A stretch of 64,000 nucleotides of DNA from Terriglobia bacterium (lineage in GTDB: Bacteria > Acidobacteriota > Terriglobia > UBA7540), in the NCBI GenBank assembly GCA_020073545.1, contig JAIQEZ010000009.1, positions 528 through 64,527 on the forward strand, given 5' to 3'. The position numbers and the translations under genes are program-made. Of this stretch, positions 29,541 to 39,665 are shown piece by piece. The notes under the pieces are model-generated. The model was not told the origin of the DNA. It saw only the letters and a list, made by a program, of their open reading frames with translations, and ran no database searches. Within the stretch, counting starts at the first letter, position 1. Each line of letters begins with the position of its first letter.

Positions 29541-31985
29541 ATGAAATGTGGTCATTTTGACGATGAGAATCGAGAGTATGTCATTACGCAGCCGGATACT
29601 CCCTTGCCCTGGATCAATTACCTCGGATGCCAGGCTTATTTCGGAATCATCTCGAACACGGCGGGGGGGTATTCGTTCTACCGCGATGCACGACTGCGAC
29701 GCATCACGCGCTACCGCTACAACAACGTCCCCTACGACTTGGGTGGCCGCTACATCTATTTGCGCGATGATGAATCGAGCGATTTTTGGTCGCCCTCCTG
29801 GCAGCCGACTCGGCACGAGCTCGAGAATTACACCTGCCGCCACGGGATGGGTTACACGGTCATCGGCTCGAGCTACGGCGGTATAGATGCCCAGACCAAC
29901 TACTTCGTTCCGCTGGACGAAAACCTCGAGATCTGGCGGCTCACCCTCACGAACCAGCGCTCCCGGCCCGCCAGGATCTCCGTCTTTTCCAGCATCGAAT
30001 TCTGCTTGTGGGATGCACAGGACGATGCCACGAATTTTCAACGCAATTTCAGCATCGGCCAGGTGGAAATCGAGGACGGCATCATTTACCACAAGACAGA
30101 ATACCGCGAGCGGCGTGACCACTTCGCCTACTTCGCCTGCTCGCGCGAGCTGGCAGGATTTGACACGCAGCGCGAGGCGTTTGTGGGACCGTACCGCGGC
30201 TGGGACAAGCCGGCGGCCGTCGAGCGCGGACGGTTGTCGAATTCCGTCGCGCACGGATGGGCCCCGATGGGCGCGCACCATGTCAGGCTCGATCTGGGAC
30301 CTGGTGAAACGCAGCACATCATCTTCGTGCTGGGCTACCACGAGAACCCACAGGACCAGAAGTTCGATCCACACGATTCGCAGACGCTTAACAAGAAAAC
30401 GGTCAAGCCGGTAATCGCCAAGTATCTGGACTCTGCCCACGTCGATGCGGCTTTCGAACAGTTGCGCCAGTACTGGAGCGGACTGCTCGGCATCTGCCAA
30501 GTTGAGACACCGGACGTGCACACCAACCGCATGGTCAATATTTGGAACGCTTACCAGTGCATGGCGACCTTCAATATGTCGCGCTCGGCATCTTTCTACG
30601 AGTCCGGGATCGGGCGCGGTCTGGGCTTTCGGGATTCCAACCAGGACTTGCTGGGGTTCGTGCACATGATTCCAGCCCGCGCGCGCGAACGCATAGTGGA
30701 TCTTGCCGCCACGCAATTGCCGACGGGCGGTGCTTATCACCAGTATCAGCCGCTCACCAAGCGTGGCAACGACGATGTCGGCAGCAACTTCAACGACGAT
30801 CCCCACTGGCTCATTCTGGGCGTGGCGGCTTATCTGAAGGAGACGGGCGACTGGAGCATTCTGGACGAGCCCGTCCCGTACGATAATGCTCCGAGCTCGG
30901 AGCAGCCCCTCTATGAGCACCTGCAGCGCAGTTTCCAATACACACTGGACCGGCTGGGACCGCATGGACTGCCGCTGATCGGCCGCGCCGATTGGAATGA
31001 TTGCCTGAATTTGAACTGCTTCTCCGACACCCCGGGACAATCGTTCCAGACCACGACCAACAAAGATGGCAAGGTCGCCGAGTCTGTCTTCATTGCCGGA
31101 CTGTTCGTGCTGGCGGGCAGGGAACTCGCGGATATTGCCCGATGTCGTGGCCGGAAGGCCGAGGCGAAGCGTTATTTCGCCCAGGTGGCGAAGATGGAAG
31201 ACACCGTCCGCAAACACGGATGGGATGGCGACTGGTTCCTGCGCGCCTACGATGACTTCGGCCGCAAGGTCGGCTCAAAGGAATGTGCGGAGGGAAGGAT
31301 CTTCATCGAGACTCAGGGCTTCTGCGTGCTGGCGGGAATTGGATTGGACGACGGCATGGCCGCGAAGTCGATGGAATCGGTCCGCAAGCATCTCGCTACT
31401 GAACATGGGATCATTCTGCAGCAGCCCGCGTATTCGAAGTACTATCTCGAATTGGGTGAAATCTCATCTTACCCGCCGGGCTACAAAGAAAACGCCGGCA
31501 TTTTTTGCCACAACAATCCCTGGGTGATGATTGCTGAGACGCGAATCGGAAACGGCGATCAAGCCCACGACTATTATTCGCGCATCAACCCCTCGGCCCG
31601 AGAGCTGATCAGCGACTTGCATCGTTGCGAGCCGTATGTTTATGCCCAGATGATCGCCGGACGGGATGCTCCCGCGCACGGTGAAGCGAAGAACTCCTGG
31701 CTGACGGGAACTGCAGCGTGGAATTACTACGCCATCACCCAGTGGATCCTGGGTATTCGCCCCTCTTATGAAGGGCTGCAGATTCGACCCGTCGTCCCGA
31801 AGAGCTGGCGGGGATTCAAGGCCACTCGCATCTTCCGGGGTGTGACTTACCACATCACGGTCAAACGCGCGGGTGATGGCAACCGAGTCGCGCTTGAGGT
31901 TGATGGCGTGCCGCTGGGGGGCGAGGTTGTGCCTCCCCCAGCCGACGTGCGGCGAGAGGTCACGGTAGAAGCGATACTGACTTAG
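29541..31985 (+). CDS. GH94 cellobiose/cellodextrin (or chitobiose) phosphorylase
   Basis: 814 aa. [29 protein letters not shown]...[23 protein letters not shown] is a typical GH94 N-terminus. Confidence 0.85.
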   Translation: MKCGHFDDENREYVITQPDTPLPWINYLGCQAYFGIISNTAGGYSFYRDARLRRITRYRYNNVPYDLGGRYIYLRDDESSDFWSPSWQPTRHELENYTCRHGMGYTVIGSSYGGIDAQTNYFVPLDENLEIWRLTLTNQRSRPARISVFSSIEFCLWDAQDDATNFQRNFSIGQVEIEDGIIYHKTEYRERRDHFAYFACSRELAGFDTQREAFVGPYRGWDKPAAVERGRLSNSVAHGWAPMGAHHVRLDLGPGETQHIIFVLGYHENPQDQKFDPHDSQTLNKKTVKPVIAKYLDSAHVDAAFEQLRQYWSGLLGICQVETPDVHTNRMVNIWNAYQCMATFNMSRSASFYESGIGRGLGFRDSNQDLLGFVHMIPARARERIVDLAATQLPTGGAYHQYQPLTKRGNDDVGSNFNDDPHWLILGVAAYLKETGDWSILDEPVPYDNAPSSEQPLYEHLQRSFQYTLDRLGPHGLPLIGRADWNDCLNLNCFSDTPGQSFQTTTNKDGKVAESVFIAGLFVLAGRELADIARCRGRKAEAKRYFAQVAKMEDTVRKHGWDGDWFLRAYDDFGRKVGSKECAEGRIFIETQGFCVLAGIGLDDGMAAKSMESVRKHLATEHGIILQQPAYSKYYLELGEISSYPPGYKENAGIFCHNNPWVMIAETRIGNGDQAHDYYSRINPSARELISDLHRCEPYVYAQMIAGRDAPAHGEAKNSWLTGTAAWNYYAITQWILGIRPSYEGLQIRPVVPKSWRGFKATRIFRGVTYHITVKRAGDGNRVALEVDGVPLGGEVVPPPADVRREVTVEAILT

Positions 31986-32243
31986 AGACCGTGAAGTTGA
32001 GAACTTGCTGTGAATGAGTCGACTCTTTCCCGCTCTGGAAGGGCGGGGCGGAACTTGCCCCGATGCCTTTTATCGGGAGCGCTGTCCTTCCGACCACGCG
32101 ATGAAACCAACGGAGTCCGGTGGGAAGTTGGGGCTAGATGAAACCTGCCCCCTGCCCAACCGCAGAGTCTTTGTGGAGTCGACGTGGAGGGGTTGGCCTG
32201 GAGGGTTCAGGACGGCATCCGTAGACCGTCCTCGAACAAACGG

Positions 32244-33872
32244 CTACTCCGGTTCCTCCTCAACTTCAACGCCGTTTACGCAGGCATAATCCTTCACGGG
32301 GACAAAGCTGAGGACGAGTTTGCCTTGGGCATCAGGCTGGAGATTATGAAAAGTCTTGTCGATGGCGGTCAATGGACCGCCGGCCTCCTTGAAGATGTTG
32401 AAACTGCGCAACAGGGCCGTGCCGTTGCAATAGACATCGAAGATTCGACTCCCGACTCCTCCCAGGGGCGAGCCATCCTGGTCGGGCAAGGTGTGACGCT
32501 GATTTTCTATGCCCCAATAAGTCTCCGCAAACCGGAGGGTGACCTTGTACTTGCCCGGCGCCACCGGAATCGTGTAGCTGAAATGGCCAAACCTCTCCCC
32601 GGAGTAGAGGCTGGGATCCAAGGTTTGCCTGACGGGCGTGGGCGCGATATGCAAAGCCAGTTGACCACCGCTGTAATAGCGGTCGGGACTCCAAGCGTTG
32701 CCCGCGTGGTCGGTGTAGGAACTGTTCTGAGCCACGATGCGAATGGGATTGATTCTCCCCCTTGGGGCCGGCACGATTGCGATCGCATTCAGAACCGGCA
32801 TGTCGTTGAGCGCCTGAAAGCCCAAGTGCAGGGCTCCGTCGGCGGCCGGGGTTACGTCCTTGAAAACGCGCTCATCCCCGACGTTGCTCCCTCCGCCGTC
32901 CTTGATGATATCGAAGCTTTTCAGCAGGAGTTTCCCGTTCAGCAGCATGTCGAACAGGCGGCTGGTCTCCCCGCCACCGGAAAGGTTTCCCGGCCCATAG
33001 TGCGTCTCCACGAAGAAGAGATGCAGCTCGTAGTTACCGGGCTTGAGCGGGATGTTGTATGAAAAATTCCCGAAGCGGAAGGTCTGGTACAACGTCATAT
33101 CCGCTGCCCGCGCCAGAAATTGCTGGGGCTGGCTGGACGTCACGCCCCCGGAATAGTACCGGTCACCCAGCCAGACATTCCCGGCGTGGTCGACATACTT
33201 GTCTTTGGGATAACCGCACAGGATGCGCACAGAATCGAGCGGTCCGGCCACCACCGGGGAACCTGCCATTGCTGAGGGACCAGCCGTAGGCGATCCCTTT
33301 ACCCAAGCTCCCAACTGTGCCCCGAACCTCAGAAGAATTGCTCCCACCAGGACCGCGAGAACAAGGCCCCCTAAAGCAAGACGCCATGCGCCGACGCCCG
33401 CCCGTTTGACACTCGCAGTAACCCGGCGGCGCAGGGGTTGAGGGGATTCCAGAACCTGAGCTTCCCAGGAATGGGAAGTTTCCGACCTCGCCTCAGGCGC
33501 AAGCGCGGAGTTTTTTTCGCGGGGAACGAACCGAGGGACGTACTGCCCAGGGTCGATCACAATGTGCAGGGAGTGCCCCGATCCCTCGCCCTCGTAATAC
33601 TCTTTCAGCTTCTTGCGCAGGCGGTGCAGTTCCACCCGCACGATGGCGTCACGGTTCTGGTCGAAATCCGCTGCCCGGCCGAGGGCTTCGGTGGCCAGAG
33701 TGTATTCCTTGATCTGGTCGGCCCGGCCCCCGAAGTACTCTTCGCAAATGTGCTTAAGCAGTTCTGCCTGGCTCGGAGCTTTGGCAAAGATGCCCGAACT
33801 GAGGACACTCTCGAGTTCGTCCCTTTCCTGGCGATTTGAAACGGGTGCGGCCATGCGACTGACCAGAGACAA
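32244..33872 (-). CDS. Single-pass membrane protein with cytoplasmic N-terminal domain and two extracytoplasmic malectin-like carbohydrate-binding domains
   Basis: 542 aa with a TM segment WRLALGGLVLAVLVGAILL. Two repeats carry D.AGN.W..DRYYSGG ... LY...RFG.FSY.IP..PG.Y.., which is malectin-like. The N-terminal ~110 aa resemble the segment found after the wHTH in ToxR/CadC-like regulators. Confidence 0.65.
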   Translation of the reverse strand: MSLVSRMAAPVSNRQERDELESVLSSGIFAKAPSQAELLKHICEEYFGGRADQIKEYTLATEALGRAADFDQNRDAIVRVELHRLRKKLKEYYEGEGSGHSLHIVIDPGQYVPRFVPREKNSALAPEARSETSHSWEAQVLESPQPLRRRVTASVKRAGVGAWRLALGGLVLAVLVGAILLRFGAQLGAWVKGSPTAGPSAMAGSPVVAGPLDSVRILCGYPKDKYVDHAGNVWLGDRYYSGGVTSSQPQQFLARAADMTLYQTFRFGNFSYNIPLKPGNYELHLFFVETHYGPGNLSGGGETSRLFDMLLNGKLLLKSFDIIKDGGGSNVGDERVFKDVTPAADGALHLGFQALNDMPVLNAIAIVPAPRGRINPIRIVAQNSSYTDHAGNAWSPDRYYSGGQLALHIAPTPVRQTLDPSLYSGERFGHFSYTIPVAPGKYKVTLRFAETYWGIENQRHTLPDQDGSPLGGVGSRIFDVYCNGTALLRSFNIFKEAGGPLTAIDKTFHNLQPDAQGKLVLSFVPVKDYACVNGVEVEEEPE

Positions 33873-34200
33873 CAGTGCAAATTAAGCATACCACTAGACT
33901 GCTTTCTTCGGAAGAGTAACTCGTTACAACTGAAACCCCACTTGTACCGACTTGAATCAAAACCGGTTATCAGAGTAACGGGCGGTGGAGAAGAATTAAC
34001 TGGGACAACCTTGTGTTACAGCTTGCATGTGTGGTACTGCTGTTCGCGCATTCTTGGTGGTCTCTGAGCGGCGTGTGTCTTGCCGCACTGCGTGTTCCCA
34101 TTTGCAGGGTGTAGTCGAGTCTTCGGGCGATTGAGCCTCAGAGTGCTCTACTGTGTGTGCAAGACATGGAGTCTTGGGCGTCATTCACTGGGAGGTGAAC

Positions 34201-37200
34201 GTGAAGCAGCTTAGTCTTCGAGGAATCTTCCTCATTTGCGGATTCCTGGGCGTGTTCTGTCTTTCGGCACTAGCTCAGGAAGCGACCATCGTTGGAACTG
34301 TGACGGACCCGTCGAATGCCGCAGTTCCCAACGTGGCCATTGCAATCACAAACACCGATACCGGTCAGGTTCACCGTATTTCCAGCAACGAAGCTGGACA
34401 ATATGTAGCCCCTGACCTTCACATCGGCCACTATGTTGTCCGCGCGGAAGCGGCGGGCTTTAAGGTGGCCGAACAAAAGGGTATTGTGCTGGCCGTCGGT
34501 GATCGAACCCGTGTGGATTTCCAGTTGGAACTCGGCAGCACACAACAGAGCATTACCGTTGAAGCGACCCCCGTCGCTGTCCAAGCGGACACAGGCGAGG
34601 TCAGCCACTTGATCAGCGGCCAGCAGATCACTCAGATCGCCACCAACGGGCGGTCCTTCTACAATCTGGTCGCGCTGCTGCCGGGGACCGCCAGTAACAT
34701 GCCCGACAGTCAGGTCCCCGTTCCGGTGGGTGGTAACGCCGACGTGAGCTTTAACGGCAACCGGATGGCGCACAACATTTATCTGATCGATGGCGGGGAA
34801 GATCTGGACCGCGGGGGATCCGGCACGATAAGCGTCATGCCTTCCCAAGACGCCATCGCGGAATTCCGCGCGCTCAGCTCAAACTACAGCGCGGATTATG
34901 GCTTGTCCTCCGCCGGAACCATGTCCATGGTTCTAAAGTCCGGAACGAGCCAGTTCCGTGCTTCGGCGTGGGAGTTTGTTCGCAACGACTACCTTAATGC
35001 CACCAACGCCTTTGCCACATCGAAGCCGGAGTTGAGATTCAATGTGTTTGGCTTCAACGTTGGCGGCCCGGTTACTCTCCACGAAAAGGCCGCCCAACAC
35101 AAGACCTTCTTCTTCTATAACATGGAGTGGCGCAGAATCATTCAGGGCGGTCTGCTGAACACGAACGTTCCTGACCCCGGCACTTACAGTGGTGCGTTTC
35201 CTTCCTCGATGACCGCTGCTCAACTGCACACGCCCTGCTCGAACCAAGTCTCCGCGGCGATTGCTGCACAATTTGAAGCCAACGGTCAAACCCTCAGCAC
35301 TGCTGGCTCCGGGGGAGCCTGCACGGAGGCGGGCGGCGCCACCTTAGTGCCATTCACCAGCAACACGATCCCTGGGGGCGCTGGGGGATTGCTCGACGCG
35401 AACGCGCAGGTCCTGCTGACGACTGCCAAGATTTTCCCTACTACAAACCTTGTAGCTGTATCTGGAACACCTTGGATCGATCAATACAGGGGCGGCAACA
35501 ACGCACCGACGAACGTGAAGGAAGAGATTGCCCGGGTTGACCACCACTTCAGCGATAAGGTCTCGATTTTCGGGCACTGGATTTCCGAGCAGATCCTGCA
35601 GACCTACGGAACAACCATGTGGAGTGGCGATAACGTGCCCTCCATTGGCAACACGTTCGGCAATCCCTCTTATAGCGCCGTGGCCCATGCGATCTATACC
35701 ATCAACCCGACGCTAATCAACGAGACCGCGTTCAACTACAACGGCAACCGCATCAACATCCTTCCCTTTGGCACGTACACAGCGCCCAGCGGGTTCACGT
35801 TCGGCAGGGTGTTTACGGGCCCGAACTCCTACGACCGCATCCCGTCGATCAACCTGGGTGGCGGCACGGGCACAAACTACACTGCCAATTGGGTCCCGTG
35901 GATTAACAAGGCGGACGATTACCAGATCCGCGACGACATTTCCTGGGTGAAGGGATCCCACCAGCTCAAGTTGGGGGCCAGTTGGGCGCTCTACAAGAAG
36001 ATCCAGGACGTGTTCGCCAGTACCCAGGGTTCGTTCGGCTTCAACGGCTTCTACACAGGGAATGACATTGCTGATTTCCTGCTGGGTTATGCCAACTCGT
36101 ATTCCGAGGACGGCGTTCACGACAGCGGTCACTGGAACAACGTTTCCTGGGCGGCTTATGTTCAGGACAACTGGCGTGCCACGAGGCGCCTGACCTTGAA
36201 CCTTGGCCTGCGGTGGGATGGAGCCCCGCATACGTACGAGGCGAACAACCGATTTTCGAACTTTTATCCCAACCTGTACGATCCGGCCAACGCGGCCGTC
36301 TTTCTGGCGAATGGTACGATCGACCCCGTCAACACTCCAGCGGCGGCCCTGGGCACGAGTCCCAATGCCATTTTGGCGGGCTATCAATTCTATTTGAACG
36401 GCGTGGGCATCTCCGGCCAGCCCGGAATTCCTAAGGGTATGGTGGACAACCACTGGGCCGTTTTTGGGCCGCGCATCGGCTTTGCTTACGATCTCACCGG
36501 CTCGGGCAAGACCCTTCTTCGCGGCGGATTTGGCATGATGTACGAGCGCATCCAGGGCAACGACATGTACGACGGCGGTACGGACGTTCCGTTCAGTGCG
36601 AATGTCGGGCTCAACAACGTTTCTTTTGAGAATGCTAAAACCAACCTCGCCACTGGCACCACGGTGACTATCCCGCCTGCACCGATCGTTGTCGCCAGTT
36701 TTACTGGCCTCGCGCGTGATGACTACAAGATGCCGGTGAGCAACCAGTACAGCCTTGGCGTGGAACGCCAGTTGGGAGCCAAGGCCGTCTTGTCCGTTGC
36801 TTACGTCGGAAACCAGAACCGGCATCAGAGCTACTACCAACAGATCAATAACCCGCCTGAGGCCGACTTGGCAACCCTGGTCGCGAATGGTGGGGCCACC
36901 TTCAACCAACTGGTTCCGTATCTCGGTTTCCGCACGATCAACATGGCTACGAATGCGCAAAACGGCCATTACAGCAGCCTCCAGGTTAGCCTCCACGGAC
37001 AGATCAAGAGCGACCTCTCGATCCAGGCCGCTTACACGTATGCGAAGGCTATTGACCCGACCACCGGTGGTGCGAATGGCACCGATCTCTGCAATGGTTC
37101 AAATCCTTACGACCGGAATTACGATACCGGGCCGTCCCTTTTCGATCGTCGGCAGGTCTTCGTCGCCAACTTCATCTACCAGATCCCGCTTCTCAAGAAG

Positions 37201-37674
37201 AGTCCGAACCGAGCCCTGAGAACGGGGCTGGGCGGATGGGAACTGGCAGGGGTCGTCATTGCCGAAACCGGTGTGCCGATGAACATCACTCTGGGCGGGA
37301 CGGCCGGCAGCAATGGCCTCCCCACCGCCACGAACCGGCCAGACCTCACCGGGAGCGTCTCGTATCCGAAAAACCAGGGCGAGTGGTTCGATACGTCGGC
37401 TTTTTCGGCACCGGCGATTGGAGAGTGGGGCAGTGTCGGGCACAACGCGGTCTACGGTCCTGGCCGCCACAACTGGAACCTGTCGCTCTTCAAGAGCTTC
37501 GCCATCAGCGAAGCGCGCGGCAGCCGTCTCGAATTCCGCTTCGAGACGTTCAACACGTTCAACCACGTGCAATGGAACGGCGTTCAGAACAGCTACTCGT
37601 CCAGTGTCTTCGGCCAAGTCACTTCTGCCTTCGACCCGAGGACGATCCAACTTGGGTTGAAGCTGTACTTCTAG
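34201..37674 (+). CDS. TonB-dependent receptor with N-terminal carboxypeptidase-regulatory-like domain
   Basis: The GTG at 34201 is preceded by gggagg. Signal peptide ...FCLSALAQEATIVGTVTDPSNAAVPNV is followed by CarboxypepD_reg, plug and a long beta-barrel. The C-terminal ...IQLGLKLYF ends in an aromatic residue. Confidence 0.85.
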   Translation: MKQLSLRGIFLICGFLGVFCLSALAQEATIVGTVTDPSNAAVPNVAIAITNTDTGQVHRISSNEAGQYVAPDLHIGHYVVRAEAAGFKVAEQKGIVLAVGDRTRVDFQLELGSTQQSITVEATPVAVQADTGEVSHLISGQQITQIATNGRSFYNLVALLPGTASNMPDSQVPVPVGGNADVSFNGNRMAHNIYLIDGGEDLDRGGSGTISVMPSQDAIAEFRALSSNYSADYGLSSAGTMSMVLKSGTSQFRASAWEFVRNDYLNATNAFATSKPELRFNVFGFNVGGPVTLHEKAAQHKTFFFYNMEWRRIIQGGLLNTNVPDPGTYSGAFPSSMTAAQLHTPCSNQVSAAIAAQFEANGQTLSTAGSGGACTEAGGATLVPFTSNTIPGGAGGLLDANAQVLLTTAKIFPTTNLVAVSGTPWIDQYRGGNNAPTNVKEEIARVDHHFSDKVSIFGHWISEQILQTYGTTMWSGDNVPSIGNTFGNPSYSAVAHAIYTINPTLINETAFNYNGNRINILPFGTYTAPSGFTFGRVFTGPNSYDRIPSINLGGGTGTNYTANWVPWINKADDYQIRDDISWVKGSHQLKLGASWALYKKIQDVFASTQGSFGFNGFYTGNDIADFLLGYANSYSEDGVHDSGHWNNVSWAAYVQDNWRATRRLTLNLGLRWDGAPHTYEANNRFSNFYPNLYDPANAAVFLANGTIDPVNTPAAALGTSPNAILAGYQFYLNGVGISGQPGIPKGMVDNHWAVFGPRIGFAYDLTGSGKTLLRGGFGMMYERIQGNDMYDGGTDVPFSANVGLNNVSFENAKTNLATGTTVTIPPAPIVVASFTGLARDDYKMPVSNQYSLGVERQLGAKAVLSVAYVGNQNRHQSYYQQINNPPEADLATLVANGGATFNQLVPYLGFRTINMATNAQNGHYSSLQVSLHGQIKSDLSIQAAYTYAKAIDPTTGGANGTDLCNGSNPYDRNYDTGPSLFDRRQVFVANFIYQIPLLKKSPNRALRTGLGGWELAGVVIAETGVPMNITLGGTAGSNGLPTATNRPDLTGSVSYPKNQGEWFDTSAFSAPAIGEWGSVGHNAVYGPGRHNWNLSLFKSFAISEARGSRLEFRFETFNTFNHVQWNGVQNSYSSSVFGQVTSAFDPRTIQLGLKLYF

Positions 37675-37775
37675 ACGGATCGTGCACTTCGCCCCGCTCG
37701 CGCCCCTACGGGCGAGCGGGGCGGCGTTCCTAACGTCGACCCCACGCACAAAGGGGACAAAGGTTTTACCTACCT

Positions 37776-37820
37776 CCGGCCAGCAGCCTTGTTAGCGAGA
37801 CTGCTGGCCGGCTGTTTTTC
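37776..37820 (+). terminator. Candidate intrinsic terminator after the TonB-dependent receptor gene
   Basis: An 11-bp stem ccggccagcag/ctgctggccgg (37776-37786 and 37801-37811) is followed by ctgtttttct. A second GC-rich hairpin lies at about 37690-37723. Confidence 0.55.
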
Positions 37821-37946
37821 TGGAGCGGTAGTTAGGCGTCAGCCGTGAGCAATTAGCCGAGACCAGAAAAGGTCCCTTTTGAGTTGAAGGCCGACGGCTG
37901 ACCGCTGAAAGCTGTCTTTGCTGCAAATGAACTGGGGAGCGCCCGG

Positions 37947-39665
37947 TTACTTCGGGGGTTCTTTCACTTTGACAACTTGATCAGCGGGTACGTTTCTGAG
38001 CTCCTGCGTGATACCTGAAGGCCAGCGGATTTCCACCAAGTCAGCAGACTTGTTCGGGCCCAATCCGAAGTGAGTGGGTCCGGCACTCGAAGAGGCATAC
38101 CCGGCGGCAAAAGAGACGTGGTTGTATTGAGTGGTCCCTCCGGCCACCACCTTGATTCTGGCTCCGATGCCATCGCGATTGCTCTTCGTGCCCTCCAGCT
38201 CGAACTCCAGCCAGTGGTTGCCCCCCGGGCTGTCGTTGATCCAAATCTCGGCCGGAGCGCTGAGCGCGCTGACCACGACGTCCAGGCGCCCGTCCCCATT
38301 CAGGTCTCCTACCGCCGAGCCCCGATGCCGGCTGGGTGGCTGCGCAGTCAAACCTGCCTCCGCGGTGAGGGCCCGAAATTTCGCCCCGCGCTGGTTCCGA
38401 AACACGGTGTTCGGCTGCGCCACGGGCGCTCGCGAGGCATAATCAAGCGACTGAACGTGCCCGCGCGTAACAAAAATGTCTTTCCACCCATCGTTGTCAA
38501 AATCGGCGATGGTGGGTGAATAGCCCGCCATCGGCACGCTGAGCCGGGCCATCGCGCTGGGTTCGCTGATATCCTCAAATTCGCCGTCCCCTAAGTTTCG
38601 GAACAACGGAAAGGTCTCATTGTCGAGCGCCGCGAAAGCGATGTCGGGATAACCATCGTTGTCGATGTCTCGAAAGTCTACCCCCATCCCTGAAATAAAC
38701 GCTCCGTTCGCGGTGAGCGCCAGGCCGGCCTGGAAAGCAATCTCCTCAAATTTCGCGCCGCCTTTGTTATGGAAAAACGAGTTATACATCTTGTCGTTCG
38801 TGACGAAAATATCCATCAAGCCATCCAGGTCGTAGTCCGCGATGCCCACGCCCATGCCCTTCCCGGGATGGGCGCGGATTCCCGATTCCGCCGAAACATC
38901 CCGGAAAGTCCCGTCGCCGTTGTTCAGGAACAACTGATTGGGAGTGGGCTTGTAGAATCTCGGATGGCAGTAATCGAACCGGCCCGGCGCCGCCTCGCAG
39001 GGGGGTTCGGTGTTGACGTCCCAAGCGAGATAGTTGATCACAAAGAGGTCCAAAAGCCCGTCGTTATTCACGTCCAGCCAGGCGGCGCCGACCGACCACA
39101 AAGGGCCATATTGGCTGTCCGGTTTGTTCAGACCCGCCTTCGCCGTGACATCCGTGAACGTGCCGTCGCCGTTGTTATGGTAGAGGTGGTTGCCGTGAAC
39201 GCCGCCCACAAACATATCTTCGTAACCGTCGTTATCGTAATCACCGATCGCGACGCCGTTGTCGAAGCCTGCCCCCGCGAGCCCGGCCTTCTCGGTGACA
39301 TCCTTAAAGTTGCCTTTTCCGTCGTTTTCGAAGAGCCGGTCGGAGTACTTGGGCGAGTCCTTTTTCAGCGTCCGAATATCGGCTCCGTTGGTGAAGAAAA
39401 CATCCAGGTGGCCGTCGTTGTTATAGTCGAAAACAGCAACCCCGCCGGCCATGGTTTCCGGCGCATGGCGCTCCGGCGTCTCACAACTGTCGAGACGGAA
39501 GTCGATCGGCTGATAAACGAAATGGATGGGTGCCCCGGTATCGGGGCTGGAAGCGGCTACCCAAACGGCAGCCAACAGTGCTGCCGCCGTCCAAAGAACC
39601 GGCGACGCTGCCACGGACCGTAGGAGGACGTTCCTTCCGCGCCACGCGAACGATGGTCTATTCAT
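37947..39665 (-). CDS. CRTAC1-family protein (FG-GAP/VCBS repeats + ASPIC/UnbV C-terminal domain)
   Basis: 572 aa with repeated D.DNDG..D.F motifs. The C-terminus NHWLEFELEGTKSNRDGIGARIKV...EIRWPSG is the ASPIC/UnbV signature. Confidence 0.85.
   Translation of the reverse strand: MNRPSFAWRGRNVLLRSVAASPVLWTAAALLAAVWVAASSPDTGAPIHFVYQPIDFRLDSCETPERHAPETMAGGVAVFDYNNDGHLDVFFTNGADIRTLKKDSPKYSDRLFENDGKGNFKDVTEKAGLAGAGFDNGVAIGDYDNDGYEDMFVGGVHGNHLYHNNGDGTFTDVTAKAGLNKPDSQYGPLWSVGAAWLDVNNDGLLDLFVINYLAWDVNTEPPCEAAPGRFDYCHPRFYKPTPNQLFLNNGDGTFRDVSAESGIRAHPGKGMGVGIADYDLDGLMDIFVTNDKMYNSFFHNKGGAKFEEIAFQAGLALTANGAFISGMGVDFRDIDNDGYPDIAFAALDNETFPLFRNLGDGEFEDISEPSAMARLSVPMAGYSPTIADFDNDGWKDIFVTRGHVQSLDYASRAPVAQPNTVFRNQRGAKFRALTAEAGLTAQPPSRHRGSAVGDLNGDGRLDVVVSALSAPAEIWINDSPGGNHWLEFELEGTKSNRDGIGARIKVVAGGTTQYNHVSFAAGYASSSAGPTHFGLGPNKSADLVEIRWPSGITQELRNVPADQVVKVKEPPK

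Noticed and set aside
29259-31217. The N-terminal ~650 aa of the 1238-aa minus-strand ORF 27501..31217
   Set aside because: This part is antisense to the well-supported GH94 gene (29541..31985) and has Arg/Gly/Val-rich shadow-frame composition. The real GH9 gene starts at ATG 29258 with a signal peptide.
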